Virus record (IMG/VR): IMGVR_UViG_3300025513_000519
Coordinates: 1 to 61,046 of that record
Strand: one strand, 5' to 3'
DNA length: 61,046 nt
Source: a virus
Lineage: Duplodnaviria > Caudoviricetes
Under the pieces are notes generated by a model. The model was not told the DNA's origin. It did not search any database and was given only the letters and a program-made list of their open reading frames with translations. Below are positions 19,516-27,990 of this stretch, piece after piece. Positions within the stretch are counted from its first letter, which is position 1. The number at the start of each line of letters is the position of its first letter. A program made the translations under genes and the position numbers.

Positions 19516-20870
19516 GCTAATGTATCCTTAAAAATTTGGTCTAACTGAGGAATAGACTCTTTGTAACTTACACCGCGATGCTTATCTAATACGTCTAGCG
19601 AATCTCTTAATAAAGTTAATTTCTTTATTGAATCGTTATTATTACACGGTATTGATAATTGATCGATTAGTAAATCAATTTTAATTTGTAATTCTGGAAA
19701 CTGTTTTATCATACTACTATTATCGATATAATTTTGTAATTCATTAATAATAGGCTCACGAAATTTTTCAGGTATTATTGTAATTTCTTGGTGTGGAGGG
19801 TACGCTAGCAAATTAATGTTAAACGGCCATTCTTTATAATACGGATACAATTTTGATTGCTCGTCAATATACCATAACAATTTATGTATTTCAAATATAT
19901 TAAATATACTTACAGTAGCGTTAACTAAAATTTTAATATTATTATGCTTCATATATTGTTTGGCTTCTTCAAAATTCTTTTGTATTTGGCTCCAGCGTGA
20001 CGGGAATCTACTATACTCTTGTACTTCGCCTACTGCATCGATACTTGCAATCAATTCAAATTTCTTAAAATGTCTCATAGATTTGAGAAACTTTGCATTA
20101 AGATTAGTAAAATTGCTGCTAACAAATACTGTAATATTTTTAGCATAGTCATTAGTTACACAATATTCAATCATCTTATGTACTACCGGATTAAGTGTAG
20201 GCTCGCCGCCTGCAAAACTTAATACTTCAATTTTAGGGAGAAACATCTCAACTTCTTTCCAAAACTTTACCGACTCGGCCCAATCCGCCGTTGATACTTG
20301 TTCGAGCGGAAATCCTGCTTCCCAAATACCTGGTTTGTCAATCTTTCGAAAGAATGAGCCTCCTTTGGTTTCGATGCCAGAGTCTTTGCTCAAAGCTATA
20401 AATTCTTTTTCGATCTGCGACGAATCATAAGAGTTACATATTAAACATTTTAGATTACACAAGTTACTTGGTTTTAATTCAAGTTTTATTGGAGTATGAA
20501 TTGCTATGCCACTATTGTCTAATGTATCTTTAACTAATTGAAGTTTATCTCTATCGTTGCTATATTCTTTAATACTGCGCTGTCTCATACTAGACTTACC
20601 GTCTCGATAACAAGTAGAGCAGCCGCCTACTTTCTTTTCGCTAGCAACATCAATTCGAACACGCTGTACTAAATCATTATTCCAAAAAGTACGTATTGTA
20701 TTGTCATTGCTTATTCTTTCTTGATCGTAGAAACCTTGAGTAGTAAAGTCATTCCAGTAACAACAAGGAAATACTGCGCCGTTTGGACGAGTGCTTATTT
20801 CTAAAAACGGATAGAAACAAAATGTTTCACTATCTAGAATTGCTTCGCGTAACTTATCTAATTCATCCAT
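19512..20870 (-). CDS. Radical SAM protein with N-terminal SPASM/twitch-like Cys cluster
   Basis: TFCFYPF..FPCC..CSTC, CNLKCLIC, GGEP. Confidence 0.9.
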   Translation of the reverse strand: MDELDKLREAILDSETFCFYPFLEISTRPNGAVFPCCYWNDFTTQGFYDQERISNDNTIRTFWNNDLVQRVRIDVASEKKVGGCSTCYRDGKSSMRQRSIKEYSNDRDKLQLVKDTLDNSGIAIHTPIKLELKPSNLCNLKCLICNSYDSSQIEKEFIALSKDSGIETKGGSFFRKIDKPGIWEAGFPLEQVSTADWAESVKFWKEVEMFLPKIEVLSFAGGEPTLNPVVHKMIEYCVTNDYAKNITVFVSSNFTNLNAKFLKSMRHFKKFELIASIDAVGEVQEYSRFPSRWSQIQKNFEEAKQYMKHNNIKILVNATVSIFNIFEIHKLLWYIDEQSKLYPYYKEWPFNINLLAYPPHQEITIIPEKFREPIINELQNYIDNSSMIKQFPELQIKIDLLIDQLSIPCNNNDSIKKLTLLRDSLDVLDKHRGVSYKESIPQLDQIFKDTLA

Positions 20871-20901
20871 TCATCATCTCTCTGTATACTGTACAATTAT
20901 T

Positions 20902-22197
20902 TTAGATTTTTTTATCGTGCTTTTCAACTTCTTCTTTTACATAAAGCATTTCGGGCACAGTTGCATACATATTTTCGTTTCTAAGTTTATCCATTATTTC
21001 GGTATCTTTAACAAATTTTCTAGCAAACTCGAGATCAAACGGTTTAGTTAGTTCATGTAAGATATGCTCTAAACGATGTCTAATTGATGTATTATATTTC
21101 TTATCGTGATCAGCAATAAAATTATTTAATTTAATTATTGTTTCTTTTTTAAACCAATCTGGTAAAATTCTAACATTATATTTTTCAGGACGATCGAGAT
21201 AATTTAAAAAGAAGTTAGTATAGTTATAACCTAACTTCTCATCTTTTTTAACAACACCAAGTTCTATTAGTCTCTCAACAATTTCTGGTATTCTAAATAC
21301 ATTCCAGGCACCTGTAGTAATTCCAGGACGAACAACAATATTATCCAATGTAGTCATTTCTTTTAAATTTTCCTCTACCTTGGCCCAATCAGTGCCAGCA
21401 CGTATTAGTTCTGCGCGGTTATCAATCTCGTCTAAACTAGTCCATACTTCAATTTTGCCAGGTTCCCATTGTTTCCAATAATCTAATACACTTTTTCCTT
21501 TGTATGTTAACTTAGATGTATTTGTGTTATAACATATTTTAACGTCAAATCTTTTAGCTTTTACTAACATTTCAAGGATATACCAATGTTCTGGCATTAG
21601 TAGTGGTTCACCGCCAGCAAAGTAAATCTTTTCTACTTCGCCTACTTGACTCTCGAGAAATTTGTAGTTATCTAGACCATCAATTTCGTCAGTAGTAACT
21701 ACTTTTTGCCAGTCTTCTACAGGCCAATTTAATTTTTTAGCATCGGGTAACCAGCTAGAACTATAAACTGGGCCGCACGAACGGCACTTAAAATTACAGA
21801 GATTACTGAATCTAAAGTCCCAATATTTTAATTTCATTTCTGTAACAGTACCATCTGCTAGTGTAGTTTCAGGTATTCTATCAATCACATGAGGAAACTC
21901 TCTCAGATGAAAGATTCTACTACTGTCCCCTGTAATAGGTTCTCGGTCAGTACAAGTCTTACAATAATTAGGAATTTCTCCGTTCAGCATATCAACTCGG
22001 AGTTTTTTCATCCTGTCGCTGTTCCAAATATCTTCAAATTTATCTGTTTTGATATTTCCTAAATTTGCAGATTCATGTTGTGACGTCAAACAACAGGGAA
22101 TAATTTTACCATTAGGTTCTAATGCCATATGCATCCATGGAACTGGGCAAATAGAACAGTTTGCCTTTTTAACATCTTCTTTTGTATATGCTGTCAT
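20902..22197 (-). CDS. Radical SAM protein with N-terminal SPASM/twitch-like Cys cluster
   Basis: ICPVPW..IPCC..CKTC, CNFKCRSC, GGEP; AGGA RBS. Confidence 0.92.
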   Translation of the reverse strand: MTAYTKEDVKKANCSICPVPWMHMALEPNGKIIPCCLTSQHESANLGNIKTDKFEDIWNSDRMKKLRVDMLNGEIPNYCKTCTDREPITGDSSRIFHLREFPHVIDRIPETTLADGTVTEMKLKYWDFRFSNLCNFKCRSCGPVYSSSWLPDAKKLNWPVEDWQKVVTTDEIDGLDNYKFLESQVGEVEKIYFAGGEPLLMPEHWYILEMLVKAKRFDVKICYNTNTSKLTYKGKSVLDYWKQWEPGKIEVWTSLDEIDNRAELIRAGTDWAKVEENLKEMTTLDNIVVRPGITTGAWNVFRIPEIVERLIELGVVKKDEKLGYNYTNFFLNYLDRPEKYNVRILPDWFKKETIIKLNNFIADHDKKYNTSIRHRLEHILHELTKPFDLEFARKFVKDTEIMDKLRNENMYATVPEMLYVKEEVEKHDKKI

Positions 22198-22245
22198 AAT
22201 TTTATTCCTACTTATTAAGTGATATTATTCTATAAGATTCGTTGC

Positions 22246-23175
22246 TCATTGTTGATCCATTAAAAACCCAGCTTTTAGTCTTGCTGGACTTTGGTATGTA
22301 TGCTTATAAAATTTACTTGCTTCAGCGTCTAGTGGTACAGTTGGAACAGGAATATCAATATAACTCTTAATAAGTTTGCCTAGCTTTTTAATTTCTTCTA
22401 TTAGATTGTCCTCTGAAACTGTTTCAGTTGTTTCATTCCAGTAGTTATTTAGATAATCAAAATCTCTAACATTTACAAAATCCCAATCTGTAAACATTGT
22501 GAGGAAGAATCCTTTTCTAGCACCATATATTGACCAAAGGCCGTTGTTAGCATCTGCACCTACTGTCATCCATATATATGCTCTATGTAGATTGCGCCAA
22601 TCGTTCTTAAAAAAGTCTTCTACAGCAGCAGGACGTGCTCCTCTGTCAAGACACATTTTTACGCCTTCGCGGAAACCAGCACGCCATGCTTGTTGAGGAG
22701 TAGCATTGTTCATAATTTTACTAAAACATTTTTCTATTTGGATATATTGAACATCCCAACAAAAGTCAACCTGCGCATGTTTATTATTAGGATCTGCTGC
22801 TTCATGAGTACGCATGTCTAGAACATACTTTTTAGGCCAACATTTTAAACCGCCGTTTCCGTAGATTAATCCATTTACTTGATTATTTGCAGCCCAGCTA
22901 ATTACGCAATGTCCTAGGTCTTCGTTTTGAGCTAGGTCAATTTCTTGCTGTAAAAAAGTAGGATCTATAATATTGTCGCCATCGACAGTAATAAAGCGAT
23001 CAGTTTCTGATAATTCAGCACAAGCCTTGTGTGCTGCATCTGATCCTTTAACCCCGTGGACACGTTTTGCCCACGGAACCTTTTGACATAGGTCAGCATA
23101 ATTACGCTCTGCGTTTGGCTCGTCATAGCTTAGATAGATCATATCATAGTCTATTACTTTTAATTTGTTAGTCAT
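22246..23175 (-). CDS. GT-A glycosyltransferase-like protein
   Basis: YDMIYLSYDEPNAE..RVHGVKGSD..FITVDGDN; paralogue of 15520-16449. Confidence 0.78.
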   Translation of the reverse strand: MTNKLKVIDYDMIYLSYDEPNAERNYADLCQKVPWAKRVHGVKGSDAAHKACAELSETDRFITVDGDNIIDPTFLQQEIDLAQNEDLGHCVISWAANNQVNGLIYGNGGLKCWPKKYVLDMRTHEAADPNNKHAQVDFCWDVQYIQIEKCFSKIMNNATPQQAWRAGFREGVKMCLDRGARPAAVEDFFKNDWRNLHRAYIWMTVGADANNGLWSIYGARKGFFLTMFTDWDFVNVRDFDYLNNYWNETTETVSEDNLIEEIKKLGKLIKSYIDIPVPTVPLDAEASKFYKHTYQSPARLKAGFLMDQQ

Positions 23176-23906
23176 TGCGTGACCTTATAGCTGTATGATT
23201 TAAAATATTTATTTGTGTATATACTTACTTCTCTTTGTTCGAATTCGAAGTCAAACTTGAAAGGTATTATTATAGAATTTTCTATTGCATTTCCTAATTC
23301 TATATATAAAGTTCTGTATAAAATATTTGGATCATCTTTTTTAGTAACACTTAACAGTATTTTATCGTGTGATGAAAGATTATTAGATCTTGTAAACTGA
23401 ATAGTTTCATTACTTATTGATACTTTCCATGTGTTAGTGATAAAGTCTTGTTTAATTATTAAATCTGAAATTTCTAAATCTTCTTTTGGAATTTTATACA
23501 AAACTTTATCGTATAGAAATACAGTGTTACCTTCGTGTATATTTTTTAATATAACTAATTTAGTAACTATGTCATAAGAAACTTTATAATCAGCGGTCTT
23601 TTTTTCTCCTGTTAATAAATCTTTAACTTTTTTATGATCAAGTTCTAAGATTTCATAATTAGAATCTTCTTTTCTAGGAGAAATTTTGTCATAAGAAACT
23701 TTATAATCAGCGGTCTTTTTTTCTCCTGTTAATAAATCTTTAACTTCTTTATGATCAAGTTCTAAGATTTCATAATTAGAATCTTCTTTTCTAGGAGAAA
23801 TTTTGTGAATTTCTCCAGACTTTTTATCATAATAAACATAAGAAATGTCAGCAGTTTGTGCATCTATTTTTATCTTTTCAAAAAGACTTTTTAAACTATT
23901 TGACAT
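23172..23906 (-). CDS. Hypothetical protein containing a 39-aa tandem duplication
   Basis: Coupled to both neighbours; KISPRKEDSNYEILELDHK(E/K)VKDLLTGEKKTADYKVSYD occurs twice. Confidence 0.8.
   Translation of the reverse strand: MSNSLKSLFEKIKIDAQTADISYVYYDKKSGEIHKISPRKEDSNYEILELDHKEVKDLLTGEKKTADYKVSYDKISPRKEDSNYEILELDHKKVKDLLTGEKKTADYKVSYDIVTKLVILKNIHEGNTVFLYDKVLYKIPKEDLEISDLIIKQDFITNTWKVSISNETIQFTRSNNLSSHDKILLSVTKKDDPNILYRTLYIELGNAIENSIIIPFKFDFEFEQREVSIYTNKYFKSYSYKVTQ
23570..23806. repeat. Direct tandem repeat, 2 x 117 bp, one mismatch
   Basis: Copies at 23571-23687 and 23688-23804; only difference ctttaactTtttta vs ctttaactTCttta; bounded by a TGT microhomology. Confidence 0.95.
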
Positions 23907-24741
23907 TTAGTTTTTTCCTGTACTTCAATTTCGCATTAATAGTATCGATAAAATCTTTTTCTGTATAATGAAAAATGCCGTGCTGTTGATGATTGCCTAT
24001 TTTTAAGACACAGTCGGCATCGAGATATGCGCTGATATTTCGTTGCCAATTATTAGAAGACAATTCCCAATTTTGTATTTTAGATTTCATATGTACAAAG
24101 GTCGGAGTTGTTATGTTTGGATTGACTATTTGATGTTCGCAGTCTAGTATTTTTGCTACAATTGCTGTACATACGTCCATGCTTATAAATTCAGGACAAT
24201 CGGCTTTGAGAAAGATTTTATAAAATTCTTGCCAGTTTTTTACTACTATTTCTAGTTGTGCAAAAAATTCTTGTGCAAAGTCACTCTTTTTAAAGTAATA
24301 TACACCAGTGTACAAGTTAGATAGATTGTTGTTTACAAAAGTTTTTCTATAATAGTCACTTGTAACTGTTTCGCCTCGATAAGTCAGCACTGAAGATGTA
24401 AAGAATAAATTATAATTTTCTAAAAATTTCCACCAATGCGATATGTCTTCCAATACCAACATATCAGTATCCATAACTATAGTTTCGTTGTATGGAGTTG
24501 CATGATACACTTTCCAACGATTTTCTATTTTCCAATCTGAAGCTGCTGATAGGTCTTCCCAAGGAATTTCTATAATTTTATCAAACAACACTGCGTCTTT
24601 TTTTGTAATTTTTTCATTTGTAATTATAGATATAGGCAGATCAGGATTGGTTAATTTTAGACTGAGTGCAAGAACTACTGCTTGATCTATGTAATTTACT
24701 TTATAATTATTTTGAGCTAGAACTAATACTCCTTTAGTCAT
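23896..24741 (-). CDS. GT-A glycosyltransferase-like protein (GT8/mannosyltransferase-like)
   Basis: KGVLVLAQN..TPYNETIVMDTDML (DxD)..YTGVYYFKK..FVHMK. Confidence 0.72.
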   Translation of the reverse strand: MTKGVLVLAQNNYKVNYIDQAVVLALSLKLTNPDLPISIITNEKITKKDAVLFDKIIEIPWEDLSAASDWKIENRWKVYHATPYNETIVMDTDMLVLEDISHWWKFLENYNLFFTSSVLTYRGETVTSDYYRKTFVNNNLSNLYTGVYYFKKSDFAQEFFAQLEIVVKNWQEFYKIFLKADCPEFISMDVCTAIVAKILDCEHQIVNPNITTPTFVHMKSKIQNWELSSNNWQRNISAYLDADCVLKIGNHQQHGIFHYTEKDFIDTINAKLKYRKKLNVK

Positions 24742-25597
24742 TCACAATCTCTCCTTGATTGTCTATTACTCTCTGCAAACTTAATTTATTCATAACATGT
24801 ACATTTAAAGAATCAGTTTTAAGCAAAGTATATTCTCCAGGACGATCTTTTTTCCCTACTAAAAAAGTCATAGCAGTGTTGTTATGTTTGATTAACAGAT
24901 CTTTGTCAGTTGTATAGTATTTTTTTCCAGGTAATTTTTTAGCAAAAGAACCCGTTTGAAACCCATTCATTATGTGAATTGCTATACTGAATACGTAGTC
25001 GTTGCGATAGATTGAAGAAGGGAGCCTGTACACTCGCACATAGTGATCCCACTCTTGTCGAACGTGTTTTACTAAGTCAAAGAAAGTTTTGTTGTTGTGT
25101 GTTTTTGTAAAATACACAACTGTGGCCCAATAGAAATCAACGCTGGTATCACTTACCTGTTTAAATTCTACAGTATTTCTAACTTGCGATAACTCATATG
25201 CATCCTTATACAGCATAAACTCATTAGAACTGTCAAATACATTTTTTAATAGACTGTTGTTTATAATAAAATCTGTATCCATTAAAAGTGTTTGGTCATA
25301 AGGAGAAAGATCATAAGCATCAACTCGGGTGCCGTTTTGCCACTGAACTGTTTTTTGACTGTATTCTCCGTCAAATAGTATTCGACGATTTTTATCGTCA
25401 GTATCGTTTACAGCAATAATTTTATCAAACACAGAAGCGTCAAGGCAATCTGTTGCGTAACCAGGACTGTTGGTTACTAGGCTAACAGGCACTTCTAAAT
25501 ATTTCTTTATTCTTTTTGCTAGGTATACAGACTGTTTTACATAATCAATTTGACTGTTGTTATTAGCAATTAAAAGTACGCCTTTACTCATGGTCAA
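24734..25597 (-). CDS. GT-A glycosyltransferase-like protein (paralogue of 23896-24741)
   Basis: KGVLLIANN..SPYDQTLLMDTDF (DxD)..WATVVYF..YRND..VHVMNK. Confidence 0.72.
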   Translation of the reverse strand: MTMSKGVLLIANNNSQIDYVKQSVYLAKRIKKYLEVPVSLVTNSPGYATDCLDASVFDKIIAVNDTDDKNRRILFDGEYSQKTVQWQNGTRVDAYDLSPYDQTLLMDTDFIINNSLLKNVFDSSNEFMLYKDAYELSQVRNTVEFKQVSDTSVDFYWATVVYFTKTHNNKTFFDLVKHVRQEWDHYVRVYRLPSSIYRNDYVFSIAIHIMNGFQTGSFAKKLPGKKYYTTDKDLLIKHNNTAMTFLVGKKDRPGEYTLLKTDSLNVHVMNKLSLQRVIDNQGEIVND

Positions 25598-25937
25598 TTA
25601 ATTTTTCAACACTTCTATTTGATTTTAATTTATTATACTCTGCGTGATAAGTGTTTAATGCATTAAAATACTGATCTTGTATGTCTTCTAAGAATTGAGT
25701 CAAATCAATAACTTCTACAGGTATTTCATTATCATCAACAAAAATAACATTTTCAGTATTGTCTTTTTCTACTAGCCAATTAACATAGTTAATCAGCGTT
25801 GTATTAATTGTAAATTGGCAACCTTTATAAAAGTAAACAAGACTTTCATTAAACTGTTCCTGTAAGACTCTGCGTTGATTTGACAGTGTCTGCATGTAAT
25901 TCGCAAAGTCTAATGCTTTTTCAAGACGTTCGTCCAT
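25584..25937 (-). CDS. Hypothetical protein (117 aa), first gene of the enzyme island
   Basis: AGGAG RBS, sigma70-type promoter upstream, coupled to the downstream GT. Confidence 0.8.
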   Translation of the reverse strand: MDERLEKALDFANYMQTLSNQRRVLQEQFNESLVYFYKGCQFTINTTLINYVNWLVEKDNTENVIFVDDNEIPVEVIDLTQFLEDIQDQYFNALNTYHAEYNKLKSNRSVEKLIDHE

Positions 25938-25960
25938 ATATATATCTCCTAGTTTGTTAA

Positions 25961-25989
25961 AGTATATATGAAAAACTGTGTAAAGTCAA
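25961..25989 (-). promoter_or_regulatory. sigma70-type promoter TTGACT-N17-TATACT
   Basis: -35 TTGACT (25989-25984), 17-nt spacer, -10 TATACT (25966-25961), followed by AGGAG and ATG. Confidence 0.75.
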
Positions 25990-26000
25990 GCAGTTATTGA

Positions 26001-27002
26001 CTAAAGCGTACTGATATTTGTGCCTGTAGGTAAATCCGCTGAAGGTATAACTACTGTATCTACTACAGTTCCGTTAACTGTTACCGATCCGTCTGGCTGT
26101 AATAATCTAAGTGCGCTGGTAAAGTCACCTAGTACTGATTCGTCGATACCAAAGGTTCTGTTGTTAGGCCGGCCATCTACAAAATCTATCTTAAATTGTA
26201 TTTCTCTATCATTAAGCTGTAGTGCTGAGATGCGATAACGATTTCTAGCATAGGTTGCTCCGCCAGTCTGATCATAACATAGTTGATAAGTGCTAGTAAG
26301 ATTATAATTACCAATCGAATAACTAGTACCTATTCCGTTATTTGATATAGTCTGATTGGCTTTAAAGCTGATAGTGCCCATAGCACTGAGTTGTGTTTGC
26401 CAGTCAACTGTTTTAGCTTGGCTTCCTGCATAATTTACAGAAGCATTAAATCTTACTTCGCCGCCAGAATTAAAAAATTGTCTACGTTGTAGTGCATCGT
26501 CAAACGTAACTTTTACAATATGTGTTATTGTACCGTTCCAGGCGCCGGTATTTGCGAAAGATCTTGTACTAAAAATCGGCGTGCCAACTGATGTTAACAA
26601 ATTCAATTCGGCGGCCTGTGTTGCGGAATCTATTAAAAATCGATCTGTTTCTACGTTCGTGCCTAATGCTTCTAATGCTTGGATGTATGCTAATTCTATT
26701 TTGTCAGCACTAGGATTAGTGTCAAAACCGCCTTCGACAAACGGATCGATTGTTGTAGAAGAAACTCCAACTTGATGTACACGTAATCTTATAAGATCTA
26801 TATAGAGATTTTCGTACTGTTCTGCGGTAACTTTATCAGTAGCTAAAGTATTAACGTCATAATCTCCTACAACAGCTACAGTAGAAAAGAGTTGTCCGTA
26901 GCCGTAATTAGGAAAAGACAAAGTAGAATCACCTAGTATTTTATTTACTAGGGTTCTTAAGGTGTTGTATCTACTAGCTGTTACAGGTATAGTTGTTGAC
27001 AT
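26001..27002 (-). CDS. Putative virion (tail) structural protein
   Basis: Paralogue of 27052-27981 (GYGQ; WNGxIxHxV; RRxFFNxGxE; SIGNY); preceded by TATAAATA. Confidence 0.65.
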   Translation of the reverse strand: MSTTIPVTASRYNTLRTLVNKILGDSTLSFPNYGYGQLFSTVAVVGDYDVNTLATDKVTAEQYENLYIDLIRLRVHQVGVSSTTIDPFVEGGFDTNPSADKIELAYIQALEALGTNVETDRFLIDSATQAAELNLLTSVGTPIFSTRSFANTGAWNGTITHIVKVTFDDALQRRQFFNSGGEVRFNASVNYAGSQAKTVDWQTQLSAMGTISFKANQTISNNGIGTSYSIGNYNLTSTYQLCYDQTGGATYARNRYRISALQLNDREIQFKIDFVDGRPNNRTFGIDESVLGDFTSALRLLQPDGSVTVNGTVVDTVVIPSADLPTGTNISTL

Positions 27003-27019
27003 TTACAATTCTCTCAATG

Positions 27020-27027
27020 TATTTATA
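27020..27027 (-). promoter_or_regulatory. T4-type late promoter TATAAATA
   Basis: Exact T4 late consensus in the intergenic gap upstream of 27002. Confidence 0.65.
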
Positions 27028-27051
27028 GTAATTATATACTAAGAGAATTTA

Positions 27052-27981
27052 TTATGCAAGAGTTGAAGAGTTAAAGTACGACGGTGCTGCTACTTCTACA
27101 TAATCGCCTGTTGCTCTGTAATGTCTTACAGTGCTTTCTAATCTGCCATCAACATTATTGTCTACGTTATTGTCTACAACTACATCGTTAAATTCAATTC
27201 TAAAAACAATTCTAGTATTTCCATCTAGTCTTGCTTTGATTGTATAGATGTTACCAGCGTAAATTGCACTGTAAGTACCAGATCCGATCTTTTGATAGAT
27301 CACTTGTAAGCCGCCGTTTAGATCATAATTGCCTATGCTCGATCCGCCGCCTGTGGTAGATATAGTTGCGTTTGCTCCAAATTTTACTGTTCCTACCTGA
27401 GCACAAAGTTCTGCCCAGTCTAGTCCTTTGGGTTGACTAGCAACACTATTGTTGGCCTGAATCCAAATTTCGCTGCCTGTATTAAAAAAGTGGCGACGTT
27501 GATCTTCGTTAACAAAATTGATCTGTACTTCGTGTACAATTAATCCGTTCCAGGAAACTGTTCTAACGCTGCTTATGCCAGGTTCGATAGTAGCTTGACT
27601 GGGGTGTATTAGAAATTTATTTGCTTCGATCGTAGTCATTAAACGTTCAAAATCAGCAATACCTTTTTTATCACCATCAGCATCTATTTGTGTTTGACCT
27701 AGGTCGTTTACAAAAGAACTAGTTTCTTCAGCAACTACATTTAAATTTTCTATAACTTCAGCAATGCCTACGTCGCCTGGTCCAACTTGGTGTATCCTAG
27801 CACGAATCATATCAGCATACATATTATTTAAATCATCTGCTACAATAGTAGCGTTGCCGTCGTTGAGAACGTTAGCACTGGTTATGGTTTGCCCATAACC
27901 ATTTTGTCCTGCACCATTTCCTAGAATAAGTTCAACTCGTGCCTGTAAGTTATTAAGTCGTGCTGCTGTGATTTCTGCCAT
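27052..27981 (-). CDS. Putative virion (tail) structural protein
   Basis: Paralogue of 26001-27002; AAGGA RBS; lies in the tail-fibre cluster. Confidence 0.65.
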   Translation of the reverse strand: MAEITAARLNNLQARVELILGNGAGQNGYGQTITSANVLNDGNATIVADDLNNMYADMIRARIHQVGPGDVGIAEVIENLNVVAEETSSFVNDLGQTQIDADGDKKGIADFERLMTTIEANKFLIHPSQATIEPGISSVRTVSWNGLIVHEVQINFVNEDQRRHFFNTGSEIWIQANNSVASQPKGLDWAELCAQVGTVKFGANATISTTGGGSSIGNYDLNGGLQVIYQKIGSGTYSAIYAGNIYTIKARLDGNTRIVFRIEFNDVVVDNNVDNNVDGRLESTVRHYRATGDYVEVAAPSYFNSSTLA

Positions 27982-27990
27982 GGTGGTTCC

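Noticed and set aside
23570-23806. CRISPR-like or regulatory repeat array
   Set aside because: Only two adjacent copies, no spacers, and it lies in frame within a CDS.
1-25937. Classical RiPP cluster (ranthipeptide/sactipeptide/mycofactocin/PQQ)
   Set aside because: I found no Cys-rich or leader/core precursor, PqqD/RRE domain, peptidase or exporter. Intergenic gaps are too short to hide precursors.
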